DNA from: Squalus acanthias | Taxonomy: Eukaryota | DNA length: 64,000 nt | Reading direction: 5' to 3' | NCBI GenBank assembly: GCA_030390025.1 | Contig: CM059433.1 | Span: forward strand, 3,968,001-4,032,000 | In this document: positions 50,729 through 62,847 of the stretch, in pieces | How positions within the stretch are numbered: the first letter of the stretch is position 1 | Layout: each line of letters opens with the position of its first letter | Notes under the pieces: generated by a model | The model's input: only the letters and a program-made list of their open reading frames with translations | Told to the model about the DNA's origin: nothing | The model's database searches: none | Translations under genes and position numbers: made by a program

Positions 50729-51910
50729 GTGATGAAGTAGGGCGGGAGGAGGCTGGTGTGGAGCATAAATACCGGCGTGGACCAGTTGGGCTGAATGACC
50801 TGTTTCCATGCTGTATATTCTATGCAATTCTATGTATTACTACGTAAAATGGCAACAAAGGAATTCTGCGTTCTGGCCCTGAATAAAGCCCATCTGGTCT
50901 TTGTGTCTAATTTTGGGGAAATTCCAATCTTCCCTCCAAGTTTCCTTAGAATTTCTGGATACATGCAGAAAATCCTGATTTCAAACAGCACTTGATTTAA
51001 GATGAGCAGGTATTAAAACTGTGAATTTATGATTTCTGCAAAAACAGTTAAATACTTGCACTTAAAAACAATGTGATGCAGCACTGCTGACTATCACGAG
51101 ATTGTAATCGGAAGGATAGTTCACAGCTATGTCAAACCTTATAAACTTCTGCGTAAGAAAAGCATGTGATTTTTTTTTTCCTTATGTGTTCAATAAAACT
51201 AATTCTTGTTTGCAGAGAATTTGTATGTCAATACTTCTGCTCATTTTTTCTGCCAACCATTGAATGACAAATTGCCATTTAGAACTCTTTAGCAACGAGT
51301 TGCATAAGCAGTCACAAGATGAGGACGGCTGATACTTACTGTATCGTTGCCCGGTGATAAAGTAAATCTCGCCGCATCAGAGTTTATTGACATGGCTTCC
51401 CTACTTAGATCGTAACCCTTTGTTGTGCTAAATAACAGAAGCCTTATAAGAACATAAGAAATAGGAGCAGGAGCCATCAGCAATGATGGCATGCTCCCTT
51501 TTGTTAGCATACAGTCATTTAGATGCTCCCCCCATCCTTGCTTCTCTATTCACTCAGGCGTTCCTTTAACAGCAGTGACCTGGAGGCTGCACCGTTCAAA
51601 TTTTATCAATGAAGCTTACTGAACACTGCGGTATTACACAATATGGGCTTAGTCATTACACAACCTTTTCCGGATGTAATAGTGAACTGTTGCAATGGAA
51701 GATAAATGTTCCTCACCCAGGCCGATAAGTGTTATCAGCGTGGATTCGAAATGCAGTGGATAAAGACACACCCTTCCCAGCAGTTTCAGGTGTTGACTCA
51801 AGCACCAGGGTGGCCTGAAAACATAATCCCACAACCAGAATTACAAAGATTACTACCAGTTCCCAACCTAGATGGAGTGCCAGGAATTAAGAGAAACAAA
51901 AACTTGCTTT

Positions 51911-52566
51911 AGAACATAAGAAGATAAGAATTAGGAGCAGGAGTCGGCCATTTGGCCCCTCGAGCCTGCTCCACTATTCAATAAGATCATGGCTGATCTT
52001 CTACCTCATCTCCATTTTCCTGCACTATCCCCATATCCCTTGATTCCCTTAATATCCAAAAAATCTATCGCTCTCTGTCTTGAATAAACTCAACGACTGA
52101 GTCTCCACAGCCCTCTGGGGTAGAGAATTCCAAAGATTCACCACCCTCTGAGTGAAGAAATTCCTCCTCATCTCAATCCTAAATGGCTGACCCCTTATTC
52201 TGAGACTGTGACCCCTGGTTCTAGACTCCCCAGCCAGGGGAAACATCCTCCCTGCATCTACCCTGTCAAGCCCTGTAAGAATTTTGTATGTTTCAATGAG
52301 ATCACCTCTCATTCTTCTAAACTCCAGAGAATATAGGCCTAGTCTACTCAATCTCTTCTCATAGGACAATCCCCCCATCCCAGGAATCAGTCTGGTGAAC
52401 CTTTGTTGCACTCCCTCTATCCCAAGTATATCCTCTCTTAGGTAAAAAGACCAAAACTGTACACAATACTCCAGGTGTGGTCTCGCCAGGGCCCTATATA
52501 ATTGCAGTAAGACGTCTTTACTCATACTCAAATCCTCTTGTAATAAAGGCCAAGATATCATTTGCT
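51911..52566 (-). mobile_element. CR1 LINE 3' fragment
   Basis: ORF 52049-52561 is a CR1 C-terminus; (ATAAGAAC)-type tail. Confidence 0.93.
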
Positions 52567-52795
52567 TTCACATGATATCAGATCCCCCCCACTCCCAACG
52601 CGCCTCGAAGTTAATATTGGGACCTCTGTATCTGTGGGGTTTTTTTATTGTGTGGAAAGGAAAGTGTCAGTTGCCCAAAAGCAAACTGATAGGAATAAGA
52701 GTCACACATTCAGACCCTCAAGCCAGTCAATCAGATCATGGCTCATCTGTATCTCAACTCCATTTACCCTCCTTTGGTCCGTATCCTTTGACACT

Positions 52796-54212
52796 TGTAG
52801 GGGGTGGTGTTTTGTGTCAGCTTCACCTCTGACTTCTGAGCGGTTCAAATCGCTCCCACTCCCACGTCTCTGGTCAGTCTTCGCGAGTCCGCTGATGCGG
52901 TAGGATGTCGTTTTTGATTTATCTGGTGAGTACCCAATTTCTTTGGTTTAGCAGTAGGGTTTAGAGTCTTTGGGGAAAATCTTACCCAGGGGTAAGTCAG
53001 GAGTAGATTGTAGAGTGGAAACTTTGCGGTTCTTCGGGTTTTCTTCCCTTGAGTTGGTCTTTGTTGGTCGCGGTGGCCTGCTATTACCCGGTCAGTTGGG
53101 GGTAATATGCGATTGTTGGTTTCTTGAGGCCTTTGGTTTCCGCGATGGTTTTAGGCCTTCTCTAGTGTGTCGGTCGAACTCGTGGAGCCGTCGGTGACTT
53201 GTTGCTGCTTGTTGCTCCGGGCAACTATGTTGGGACCGTTGTTGGAGGTCCGTCGAGGTGGTATCTTCACGAGCTGGACTCAGGTGTGTCTGAGTGGTGA
53301 GCGATGCCGACTCGCTTCCAGCTCGGCTTGTCTTCTTCCTTGTTTCTTCTTTTTCTGATGACCACACTGAACTGCTTAACGGGCCTTCAATTATACTGAA
53401 TTGAAGTAGCCTTATCCACCCGCCAAATCTGCTCAGTTCATTGTCTGGTTTTGGCGGGCTTGTTAACCGGTAACGACTTACTAGTGTGTTAACTGTTTTT
53501 TTAACAGGCCTTCAATCTCACCCATTGAACATGGCCTTATCAACCCGCCAAATCTGCTCAGTTCATTGTCTGGTTTTGGCGGGCTTGTTAACCGGTAACG
53601 ACTTACTAGTGTGTTAACTGTTTTTTTAACAGGCCTTCAATCTCACCCATTGAACATGGCCTTATCTACCCGCCAAATCTGCTCAGTTCATTGTCTGATT
53701 TTGGCGGGCCTGTTACCAGTAACTGCTCTGTAAGTGTCAAATGGGTTTTGGGATGGTTTGCATCCTGTCGATCTCCTTGGCTGATCACTGGTGATTGATT
53801 TCGTGTTTGGTTTTCTAGGCTGGACTCAGTCTTTCTATAGAATGGGTCTGAGTGGGTTTTATTATGCATGTTTCTGATGGGCCCTGTAATCGGTTTTGAT
53901 GGGGCCTGTATTTTGGGTGGGACTGTCTTCTCCCAGGGTCTATTGTTCAAATGTTAATGTCTGCTGGGGCTTGAGTGAGGTCATCACGGTTCCCCAGACA
54001 GTGCAATTAACTAATAACCAAACTGCTTTTACAGAGGTCGAACCCACCTCCTTGTCCCTTTACAGGCCCAGACATGTTTTTAAAATGCCAAAACTTGGTT
54101 TTTGGTCTTAAATTCCTTAGGTTAGGCCCAAATGCATTTTTATCACTCTGAGGTAGTTCCAAAGTCCTTTATCCTTAGGTTTTGGGGATCTGCAAATTTT
54201 GGAAACCTTACA
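52796..54212 (-). mobile_element. Solo LTR (1417 bp; Gypsy or ERV type), orientation tentative
   Basis: Ends TGTAGGG...CCTTACA with 4-bp TSD CACT (52792-52795, 54213-54216). The flanks rejoin into a CR1-like 3' UTR. Contains internal tandem repeats. Confidence 0.8.
53410..53722. repeat. 125-bp tandem repeat, 2.5 copies, inside the LTR
   Basis: Units start at 53410, 53535 and 53660 and are nearly identical. Confidence 0.95.
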
Positions 54213-54285
54213 CACTCCTACCTAACAAGTAAAGCAAATAGCACGTCACTGATGGTGAATATATCAATAGAAAGTAATAGTCATG

Positions 54286-55631
54286 GGCCTAGAAATTCGA
54301 GCCTTTAGCGCCGGCCGTTAAGGCCGGTTTTGGAGAAAAAATGGCGGCCGCCTCGCTTCCATCCACTTCCGGCACGGAACACGGCAGCCGCCATATTGGG
54401 CGGGTCAGCAGCACTGCCGTTGCCTGCGCTCGTCGCAAGTATTTTAATTACCAGGAACGTGACGTCAATCGCCGTGCAACGCCGAATTGACACATGCTCA
54501 GCGATTTTGGACGTCGCTGCTCCTCTTACCGCCCTCTCCGAAGCACGCCCGTGCTTGCAGCCGTTGACGGCGCGTAGAGCCGGGAGGAAGCGGCGGAGAT
54601 CTGCCAAAGTCTTCAATAACTCCGCAGCGTATGTCCAGTCCAGTGAGATGGCTCATGGGCATTGCTGCAGAAACACATCAGCAGATTGAACGCCTGTTGT
54701 AAACACATTACAGGCCAGCACTCACCCGGAGCAGGGCAGTGAGTTCTGGCACCTAATGTGTACAGAACAGCATCTGGTTAAAATAGTCCGGGGAACTTGT
54801 ACTGTATCTAAAGGCCTGATCCATTACTGTCGCTTGCAGTTGTGACAGTAAACTGGAAATGAAATGATATTTGGGCTTTGTAAATGTTTACTGTTCTTGT
54901 TCCAAACATCCATATTGAATATGCATCCTGTTTCTCTGAAGTAACAGGTGTGTGCTTATTACTTTTTCAATGAAAGGAGACCGAACGACTCTTTCCTGTT
55001 TCTGAAGGAATTGGTACATCTGCATTTACTTGTATCGGTGTTCAGGGTATCCAGTAAACGTCTCACAGCTCTTGGTGCATTCAGGGAGGAATCATGGATC
55101 ACTTACGCTGACTCTGACATCCAGTATTGCAAACAAATCTCCCAATTCCAGTAGACCATTGCCCTTTCAAAATGCTTATCTGGATACTGTCTGGAGAGAT
55201 ACAATCCTGAAAAGACTTACAGTGAAAAGCCTCGATAATAATAGGTTGCTTTCATTTGTATTCTAAGGAGTAGAATAGGAAGTATTGCTTGGATTCTTTA
55301 AAATATGACAGATTAGTCTATTTTTACCTTTCATATTTATCGAGCATACCCTCTCTGTCAACCAAGAAACATAACCGGAAACATAGCAGTTCACTTTAAG
55401 AGATTGCGATTTCCTGGGAACGCCTCACCGATCCTTCAGACCTGACCTTCGGCCTCCTGCTGATTTTACCGCGGGAAAGAGCGCGTTGCACGGGAGCTTC
55501 TGCGCTGCGCTCATTTAAATCAGCAGGCAGCCCCGAAATACCGGCGCTGCCGGCGCTCTTTTTGCGGGCGGCCGTTAACCTCGGCCCGCGGTGGCACCGC
55601 CCGTTTTCGGGCTTGATCGAATTTCTAGGCC
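54286..55631. mobile_element. Harbinger-type non-autonomous element with a unique AT-rich interior
   Basis: Perfect 15-bp TIRs GGCCTAGAAATTCGA / TCGAATTTCTAGGCC, TSD ATG (54283-54285, 55632-55634). Confidence 0.9.
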
Positions 55632-55919
55632 ATGATTTCTTTCGAGTGGAAAGACACAAGTATCCCTTCAGAAGAATTTAAATCCACCACTGCTCGCCAT
55701 TGCTGTCAAAGCTGGACAGAATTGCCATCAATTTTCTAACTGGCTTAATCAACATTTAAGAGGAAATTTTACAAAGTAGTGCTCCTGATAAGGAGTTTCA
55801 TCCACCAGGAACACATATTAGGAATTCAGGCACAACCACTCCCCGCCGCCCCCCCCCCCCCCGCCAATTTTTTAAAGTTTCAACAACAATTGACTACCTG
55901 ACGGAATGAGACTCCACAG

Positions 55920-56243
55920 TTTAAATTGTTCACATTCTGGGCCAGAGAGGTTGATTGGCAGTCATTAACAATTATCATGTCGTTCAAAAGGTAAGCTATT
56001 AATTACTAGACTTAACTTTCTGCGGCGAGTTTAATGGGCAATTAATGTACAAACGCCGCAAATTCTTAAAAATAGCGTGGAGGCTGAGGGCGAAATGTCG
56101 TTTGTACAAAGCAACCAGCGGGTTCTGGAGATCGGTTAATCACGGCGTATCTCCTAATCCCTTGAACTTGCTGGCTGATTTTTACATTAATAACAGTGTG
56201 CGTCATTAACATCCTGTTTTTTTTCCAGCCAAGTTCCAGCCCA
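55920..56243. mobile_element. MITE fragment of the same family as 3295-7063
   Basis: Reverse-complement similarity (CCAGAGAGGTTGATTGGCA, AGACTTAACTTTCTGC); ends GTTCCAGCCC. Confidence 0.7.
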
Positions 56244-56725
56244 TGATATTAAGTTGAGCAGAATCTAGAGCCCTTTATATTTCCAGGTAATGTTGTAATA
56301 AATGGCACTCAATAAATTGAAACTGAATTTGTTTTATGTGAATGATAAGGAATTGCTAGTGTACATCACATAGTGGACAATGTGTATTCTTCATAGTGCA
56401 GGTGTCTGTGTCGATGGTCGTGGGAAAGGCAGCAATAGACAAACACATTATGCCATCTGCGTGGAAGTCACGCTTGAACTGGGCAGAGGCAATGGCAGAA
56501 AAAGGTCAGGCCATATTAGGCAGACTAAGGAGGCAAACAGACATTAGTCATAATGTAGCGCCACACATGAATGCACCATAGCTTTTCTGTAGACACAAAC
56601 ATTCAAAGTCTGGCATTGCTTAGCTAAACCCCTCGCCCACTATTCTCTCTTTATGGAAATAGAGCACTTGCAGACAATATAACTAATGTTGCTCACAGGG
56701 CATCAAGATTCACAAGCAGAACTGC

Positions 56726-59700
56726 AAACATAGAAGATAGGAGCAGGAGTAGGCCATTCGGCCCCTCGAGCCTGCTCCGCCATTTAATGAGATCATGGCT
56801 GATCATCCAAATTCAGTACCCTGTCCCTGCCTTCTCCCCATATCCCTTGATCCCTTTAGCCTTAAGAAATATATCTAACTCCTTCTTGAATATATTTAAT
56901 GAATTGGCCTCAACTGCCTTGTGTGGTAGAGAATTCCACAGGTTCACCACTCTCTGGGTGAAGAAATTCCTCCTCATCTCAGTCCTAAATGGCTTACCCC
57001 TTATCCTTAGACTGTGACCCCTGGTTCTGGACTTCCCTGCCATCGGGAACATCCTTCCTGTATCTAGTCTGTCTAGTCCTGTTAGAATTTTATAAGTTTC
57101 AATGAGATCACCTCTCATTCTTCTAAACTCTAGCGAATATAAGCCTAATCGACCCAATCTCTCCTCATTCATCATTCCTGCCATCCCAGGTATCAGTCTG
57201 GTGAATCTTCGCTGCACTCTCTCCATGGCAAGAACATCCTTCCTCAGATAAGGCGACCAAAACTGCACACAATACTCAAGGTGTGGTCTCACCAAGGCCC
57301 TGTACAAGTGCAGCAAGACATCCTTGCTCCTGTACTCGAATCCTCTCGCTATGAAGGCCAACATACCATTTGCCTTCTTAACCGCCTGCTGCACCTGCAT
57401 GCTTACCTTCAGCGACTGGTGCACAAGGACACCCAGGTCTCTTAGCAATTCCCCAAATCATACTGGAGTTTCTCTGCATCCTCCTCACAGCACACACGCC
57501 CACCCAGCTTTGTGTCGTCTGCAAACTTGGAGATATTACATCTAGTTCCCTCATCTAGATAATTTATATATATTGTGAATAGCTGGGGTCCTAGCACCGA
57601 TCCCTGCGGTACCCCACTAGTCACTGCCTGCCACTCGGAAAAAGATCTGTTTATTCCAACTCTTTGCTTCATGTCTGCCAACCGGTTCTCTATCCAAGAC
57701 AGTACCTTACCCCCAATCCCATGTGCTTTAACTTTGCATGCTAATCTCTTATGCGGGACCTTATCGAAAGCCTTCTGAAAGTCCAAATACACCACATCCA
57801 CTGGTTCTCCCTTATCTATTCTACCAGTTACATCCTCAAAAAATTCCAGTAGATTAGTCAAGTATGATTTACCTTTTGTAAATCCATGTTGACTTTGTCC
57901 GATCCTGTCACTGTTTTCCAAGTGCCCTGCTATTACATCTTTTATAATGGACTCGAGCATTTTCCCCACTACCGATGTCAGGCTTACCGGTCTATAATTC
58001 CCCGTTTTCTCTCTACCACCTTTTTTAAATAGTGGGGTTACATTAGCTATCCTCCAATCCATGGGAACTGTTCCAGAGTCCATAGAATTTTGGAAGATGA
58101 CCAGCAATGCATCTACTATTTTTAGGGCCACTTCCTTAAGTACCCTAGGATGTAGATTATCAGGCCCTGGGGATTTATCGGCCTCCAATCCCATCAATTT
58201 CCCTAACACCATTTCCCTACAAATACTGATTTCATTTAATTCCTTCCTCTCATGAGACCCTATGTTCCCCGACATCTCTGGGAGGTTATTTGTGTCCTCC
58301 TTTGTGAGACAGAACCAAAGTATGTATTTAATTGGTCTGCCATTTCTTTGTTCCCCATTATAAATTCCCCTGATTCTGACTGCAAGGGACCTACGCTTGA
58401 CTTCACCAATCTATTTCTCTTCACATATCTATAGAAGCTTTTACAGTCAGTTTTTATGTTCCCTGCAAGCTTACTCTCATAATCTATTTCCCCCCTCTTA
58501 ATTAATCCCTTTGTCCTCCTTTGCTGAATCCTAAACTGCTCCCAATCCTCAGGTTTGCTGCTTTTTCTGGCCAAATTATATGTCCTCTCCTTGGATGATC
58601 TTATGCTATCCCTAATTTCCCTTGTTAGCCACGGTTGAGTCACCTTTTTTGTTTTATTTTTATGCCAAACAGGGATGAACAAATTCTGTAGTTCATCCAT
58701 GCGATCTTTAAATGTTTGCCATTGCCTATCCACCGTCAACCCTTTAAGTAACGTTCCCCAATCCATCCTAGCCAACTCGTGCCTCATACCATTTTAGTTT
58801 CCTTTATTTAAATTCAGGACCCTAGTCTCTGAGTCAACTACTTCACTCTCCGTTTCAATGATGAATTCTATCATATTATGATCGCTCCTCCCCAAGGGGC
58901 CTCGCACAACAAGATTGCTAATTAATCCTTTCTCATTACATAATACCCAGTCTAAGATGGCCTGATCTCTCGTTGGTTCCTCAACATATTGGTCCAGAAA
59001 CCATCCCATATACACTCTAGGAATTCCTCCTCCACAGTATTTTTACTAATTTGATTAGCCCAATCTATATGTTGATTAAAGTCACCCATGATAACTGTTG
59101 TGCCCTTATTGCATGCGTCTCTAATTTCCCATTTAATGCCATCCCCAACCTCAGCATTACTGTTTGGGGGTCTGTATACAACTCCCACTAATGTTTTCTG
59201 CCCCTTGGTATTTCTCAGCTCTGCCCATACAGATTCCACATCATCAGAGCTAATATCCTTCCTTACAATTGTGTTAATCTCCTCTTTAACCAGCGTAGAA
59301 ACATAGAAGATAGGAGCAGGAGTAGGCCATTCGGCCCCTCGAGCCTGCTCCGCCATTCAATGCGATCATGGCTGATCATCCAAATTCAGAACCCTGTCCC
59401 TGCTTTCTCCCCATTACCTTGATCCCTTCAGCCTTAAGAAATACATCCAACTCCTTCTTGAATATATTTAATGAATTGGCCTCTACTGTCTTCTGTGGCA
59501 GAGAATTCCACAGGTTCACCACTCGCTGGGTGAAGAAATTCCTCCTAATTTCTGTCCTAAATGGCTTACCCCTTATCCTTAGGCTGTGATCCCTGGTTCT
59601 GGACTCCCCGACCATCAGGAACATCCTTCCTGCATCTAGTCTGTCCAGTCCTTTCAGAATTTTATAAGTTTCAATGAGATCCCCTCTCATTCTTCTAAAC

Positions 59701-60090
59701 TCCAGCGAGTATAAGCCCAATCGACCCAATCTCTCCTCATACATCATTCCTGCCATCCCAGGTATCAGCCTGGTGAATCTTCGCTGAACTCCTTCCATGG
59801 CAAGAACCTCCTTCCTCAGATAAGGTGACCAAAACTGCACACAATACTCAAGATGTGGTCTCACCAAGGCCCTGTACAACTGCAGCAAGACATCCCTGTT
59901 CCTGTACTCAAACCCTCTCGCTACGAAGGCCAACATACCATTTGCCTTCTTAAATGCCTGCTGCACCTGCATGCTTACCTTCAGCGACTGGTGCACAAGG
60001 ACACCCAGGTCTCGTTGCACTTCCCAATTCGTTACATATGCTACCCCACCTCCTTTTCCTTTTTTCCTGTCCTTCCTGAATATTGAATAC
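56726..60090 (-). mobile_element. Long CR1 (HER1-like) ORF2 remnant (56726-59294 plus 60038-60090)
   Basis: APE (GKGGGVA, VYRPP, MGDFN, LDWVL, SDH) and RT (KSPGPD, QHGF, YLDFQKAFD, GVPQGSVLGP, FADD) motifs across frameshifted ORFs; internal deletion near 57442. Confidence 0.95.
59296..60025 (-). mobile_element. CR1 3' fragment nested in the endonuclease region of the same family
   Basis: Has its own TAGAAACATAG tail at 59296; host sequence resumes at 60038 after a 12-nt filler. Confidence 0.92.
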
Positions 60091-60556
60091 AATATGGATA
60101 CAATGCTGATTTATCTTGATTTGAGGTGCTGGTCTGGCCTCTCCTTCCTTGCCTGCTGCACATAAATAGCATGCTAGGGCACCGGGTCTGGATCCCTGGC
60201 AGATTTTCCTCCCACCTGTTTCTGTTACTGCAACTTCCCTAGGCCACCATGGGGAAGATGATGGTAGGTCCCAGGGAGTGGTGGTGATCCCATGGAAGGG
60301 GAGGGCCTTGTAGTGGCCTCCTGTACCTCCATTCTGCCCCAGTGTAGCTCTCGCTGTCTATGCAGTGAGCCCATTGCAGCACCAGGCATTTTCCTCAGGG
60401 CCAATGGTAGGCTCCCATCTTGGTGGAGCCTGCCATGCATTGGAAATGGTCCCTGCCCCAGGGAAATGGGTTGGAGTTGGGGTGGCTTCAGAGCAGCAGA
60501 CAGCACTCCACCCCAAAGAGGAGAAAAGATTTGCTCGGTGCAACAACATCGTAAAC

Positions 60557-61319
60557 ACTTTTACGTCCTCCCTTCCCTCTGTCCAGGGCCCCAAGCACTC
60601 CTTCCAGGTGAAACAGCGATTTACTTGTACTTCTTGCAATTTAGTATACTGTATTCGCTGCTCACGATGCGGTCTCCTCTATATTGGGGAGACCAAACGC
60701 AGATTGGGTGACCGCTTTGCGGAACACCTCCGTTCAGTCCACAAGCGTGACCCCGAGCTTCCGGTCGCCTGTCACTTTAATTCTCCGCTTCACTCCCACT
60801 CTGATCTCTCCGTCCTCGGCCTCTTACACTGTTCCAACGGAGCTCAACGTAAGCTCGAGGAACAGCACCTCACCTTTCGATTAGGCACTTTACAGCCTTC
60901 TGGACTCAACATTGAGTTCAACAATTTCAGATCATAACCTCTGCCCCTATGTTTTCTTTTCTCTCTCACATGGCAGCTGTTGATGATTCTGCCATTGTCA
61001 TTTACACCTCATCTAGACTCATCTTTTCTTTCTTAACTTGTCTCATCTCCTTTTGCCTTGCACCATCATCCATTTTGTCTTTTAAATCTCCTGCCTTCCA
61101 TCCTATCACAGACCTTCCCTTTGTTCTTTCCTCCCCTCCTCCATGCCCCTGCTTAAAAATCTGTTACTTCTCCAACTTTTTCCAGTTCTGATAAAGGATC
61201 ATCGACCCGAAACGTTAACTCTGTTTCTCTCTCCACAGATGCTGCCTGACCTGCTGAGCGTTTCCAGCATTTTCTGTCGTTATTTCAGATTTCCAGCATC
61301 CTCAGTATTTTGCTATTGT
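60557..61319 (+). mobile_element. Penelope-like retroelement, 5'-truncated: GIY-YIG endonuclease plus 3' pseudo-LTR
   Basis: FTCTSCNLVYCIRCSRCGLLYIGETKRRLGDRFAEH...VACHF...EEQHL...LQPSGLN, stop at 60937. Flanked by the 12-bp direct repeat AACATCGTAAAC (60545-60556, 61320-61331). Confidence 0.93.
61184..61220 (+). ncRNA. Minimal hammerhead ribozyme motif, probably inactivated
   Basis: AGTT-CTGATAA-A-GGATCatcGACCC-GAAA-CGTT-AACT. The core reads CUGAUAA instead of CUGAUGA; stem III is the palindrome AACGTT. Confidence 0.7.
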
Positions 61320-61984
61320 AACATCGTAAACCCTTTGTTCCAAATTTTGGATCCACTCTTGATATTATCTTGGGTTCAGAGTCAGCAGTCACTCCTGTAA
61401 GCAAACCCCACGGCCTCTACAATCTGATGAATTGTGGGGGGTGGCGTTGGTGGGAGCTGAGTATGAACGATGGCGGGAGGCGGGGAGAGAGCAACACCAG
61501 CTCGAACAGGGGAGAGTGGAAGAGGAGCACCAGCTTAACTGAGTTGGAGAGATAGAAAAGTGGCAGGTTGAATTGGTGAGGGAGCGGGTGGAATGTGCCA
61601 GGACATACTGGGAGGATTAGTGAAGAGATTTCCTCTTCACCGATGCGCCAATATAATCTTGGCAGGGTGGAGAGGTGCTCAGGTGCAGTGTCATTCTGAA
61701 CTGAGTCTGGAGGGGGTAAAGTGTCTTTGTGAACTGAAATGGTGAAAGATTGAATGTGGGCCAGCAACTTGAAAACACTCACAATTTTATTTGGTGCTCT
61801 TGTGCCATAATATATGACTAATTGTTATTTTTTTCCTCTTTAATTTCAAGTGCAGTGAGACATCTTCCGGTACATCTTCCTGTACTTAAGGACTTACTAT
61901 TTATGATGCTGTAAATAAACCTACAGACCGTTATAGTTTACATTATTATCTCATTCAGCTATTGCTTACATGTTGTGTTATATT

Positions 61985-62623
61985 CATAAGAACATAAGAA
62001 ATAGGAGCAGGAGCAGGCCATACGGCCCATTGAGCCTGCTCCGCCATTCAATAAGATCATGGCTGAACTTTTACATCAACTGCACAAGGGATATGGGGAT
62101 AGGGTACACCTATCCCCATATCCCTTGATTCCCTTAGTAACCAAAAACTATCGACCTCAGATTTGAATATACTCATCGACTGAGCATCCACAGCCCTGTG
62201 GGGTAGAGAATTCCAAAAATTCACAACCCTCTGTGTGAAGAAATTCCTCCTCATCTCAGCCCTAAATGGCCGACCCCTTATCCTGAGACTGTGCCCCCTA
62301 GTTCTAGACACTCCAGCCAGGGGAAACAATCTCTCAGCATCTATCCTGTCAATCCCTCTAAAAAATTTACACGTTTCAATGAGATCACCTCTCATTCTTC
62401 TAAACTCCAAAGAATATAGGCCCATTCTCTCCTCATAGGACAACCCTCTCATCCCAGGAATCAATCTAGTGAACCTTCGTTGCAACCCCTCCAAGGCAAG
62501 TATATCCTTCCTCAGATAAGGAGACCAAGACTGTGCACAGTACTCCAGGTGTGGTCTCACCAAAGTCCTGTACAATTGTAGCAAGACTTCCTTACTCTTA
62601 TACTCCAACCCCCTTGCAATAAA
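61985..62623 (-). mobile_element. CR1 LINE 3' fragment
   Basis: ORF 62057-62608 is a CR1 C-terminus; (CATAAGAA) tail. Confidence 0.93.
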
Positions 62624-62629
62624 AAGAAA

Positions 62630-62847
62630 TGATGTGGAGATGCCGGTGTTGGACTGGGGTGGACAAATGTGAGAAGTCGCACAACACCAGGTTATAGTCC
62701 AACAGCTTTATTTGAAATCACAAGCTTTCGGAGCGCTGCTCCTTCATCAGGTCCTTCACTTCACCTGACGAAGGAGCAGCGCTCCGAAAGCTTGTGATTT
62801 CAAATAAAGCTGTTGGACTATAACCTGGTGTTGTGCGACTTCTCACA
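62630..62847. mobile_element. Non-coding Penelope-type fold-back insertion (inverted pseudo-LTR pair)
   Basis: 85-bp inverted repeat (62668-62752 / 62763-62847, 1 mismatch, 10-nt loop), flanked by CAATAAAAAGAAA (62617-62629, 62846-62858). Confidence 0.85.
62761..62797 (+). ncRNA. Minimal hammerhead ribozyme motif (mirror core on the minus strand, about 62717-62752)
   Basis: TCAC-CTGACGA-A-GGAGCagcGCTCC-GAAA-GCTT-GTGA: stem I, CUGANGA, stem II, GAAA and palindromic AAGCTT, followed by AATAAA. Confidence 0.75.

Noticed and set aside
60365..60937. Host GIY-YIG nuclease gene
   Set aside because: Sequence from 60557 is a Penelope fragment bounded by a TSD; the N-terminal part is unrelated flank.
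62668..62847. pre-miRNA or DNA-transposon MITE
   Set aside because: The near-perfect 85-bp stem, asymmetric extra 38 bp on one side, long TSD and hammerhead plus AATAAA motifs fit a Penelope inverted pLTR better.
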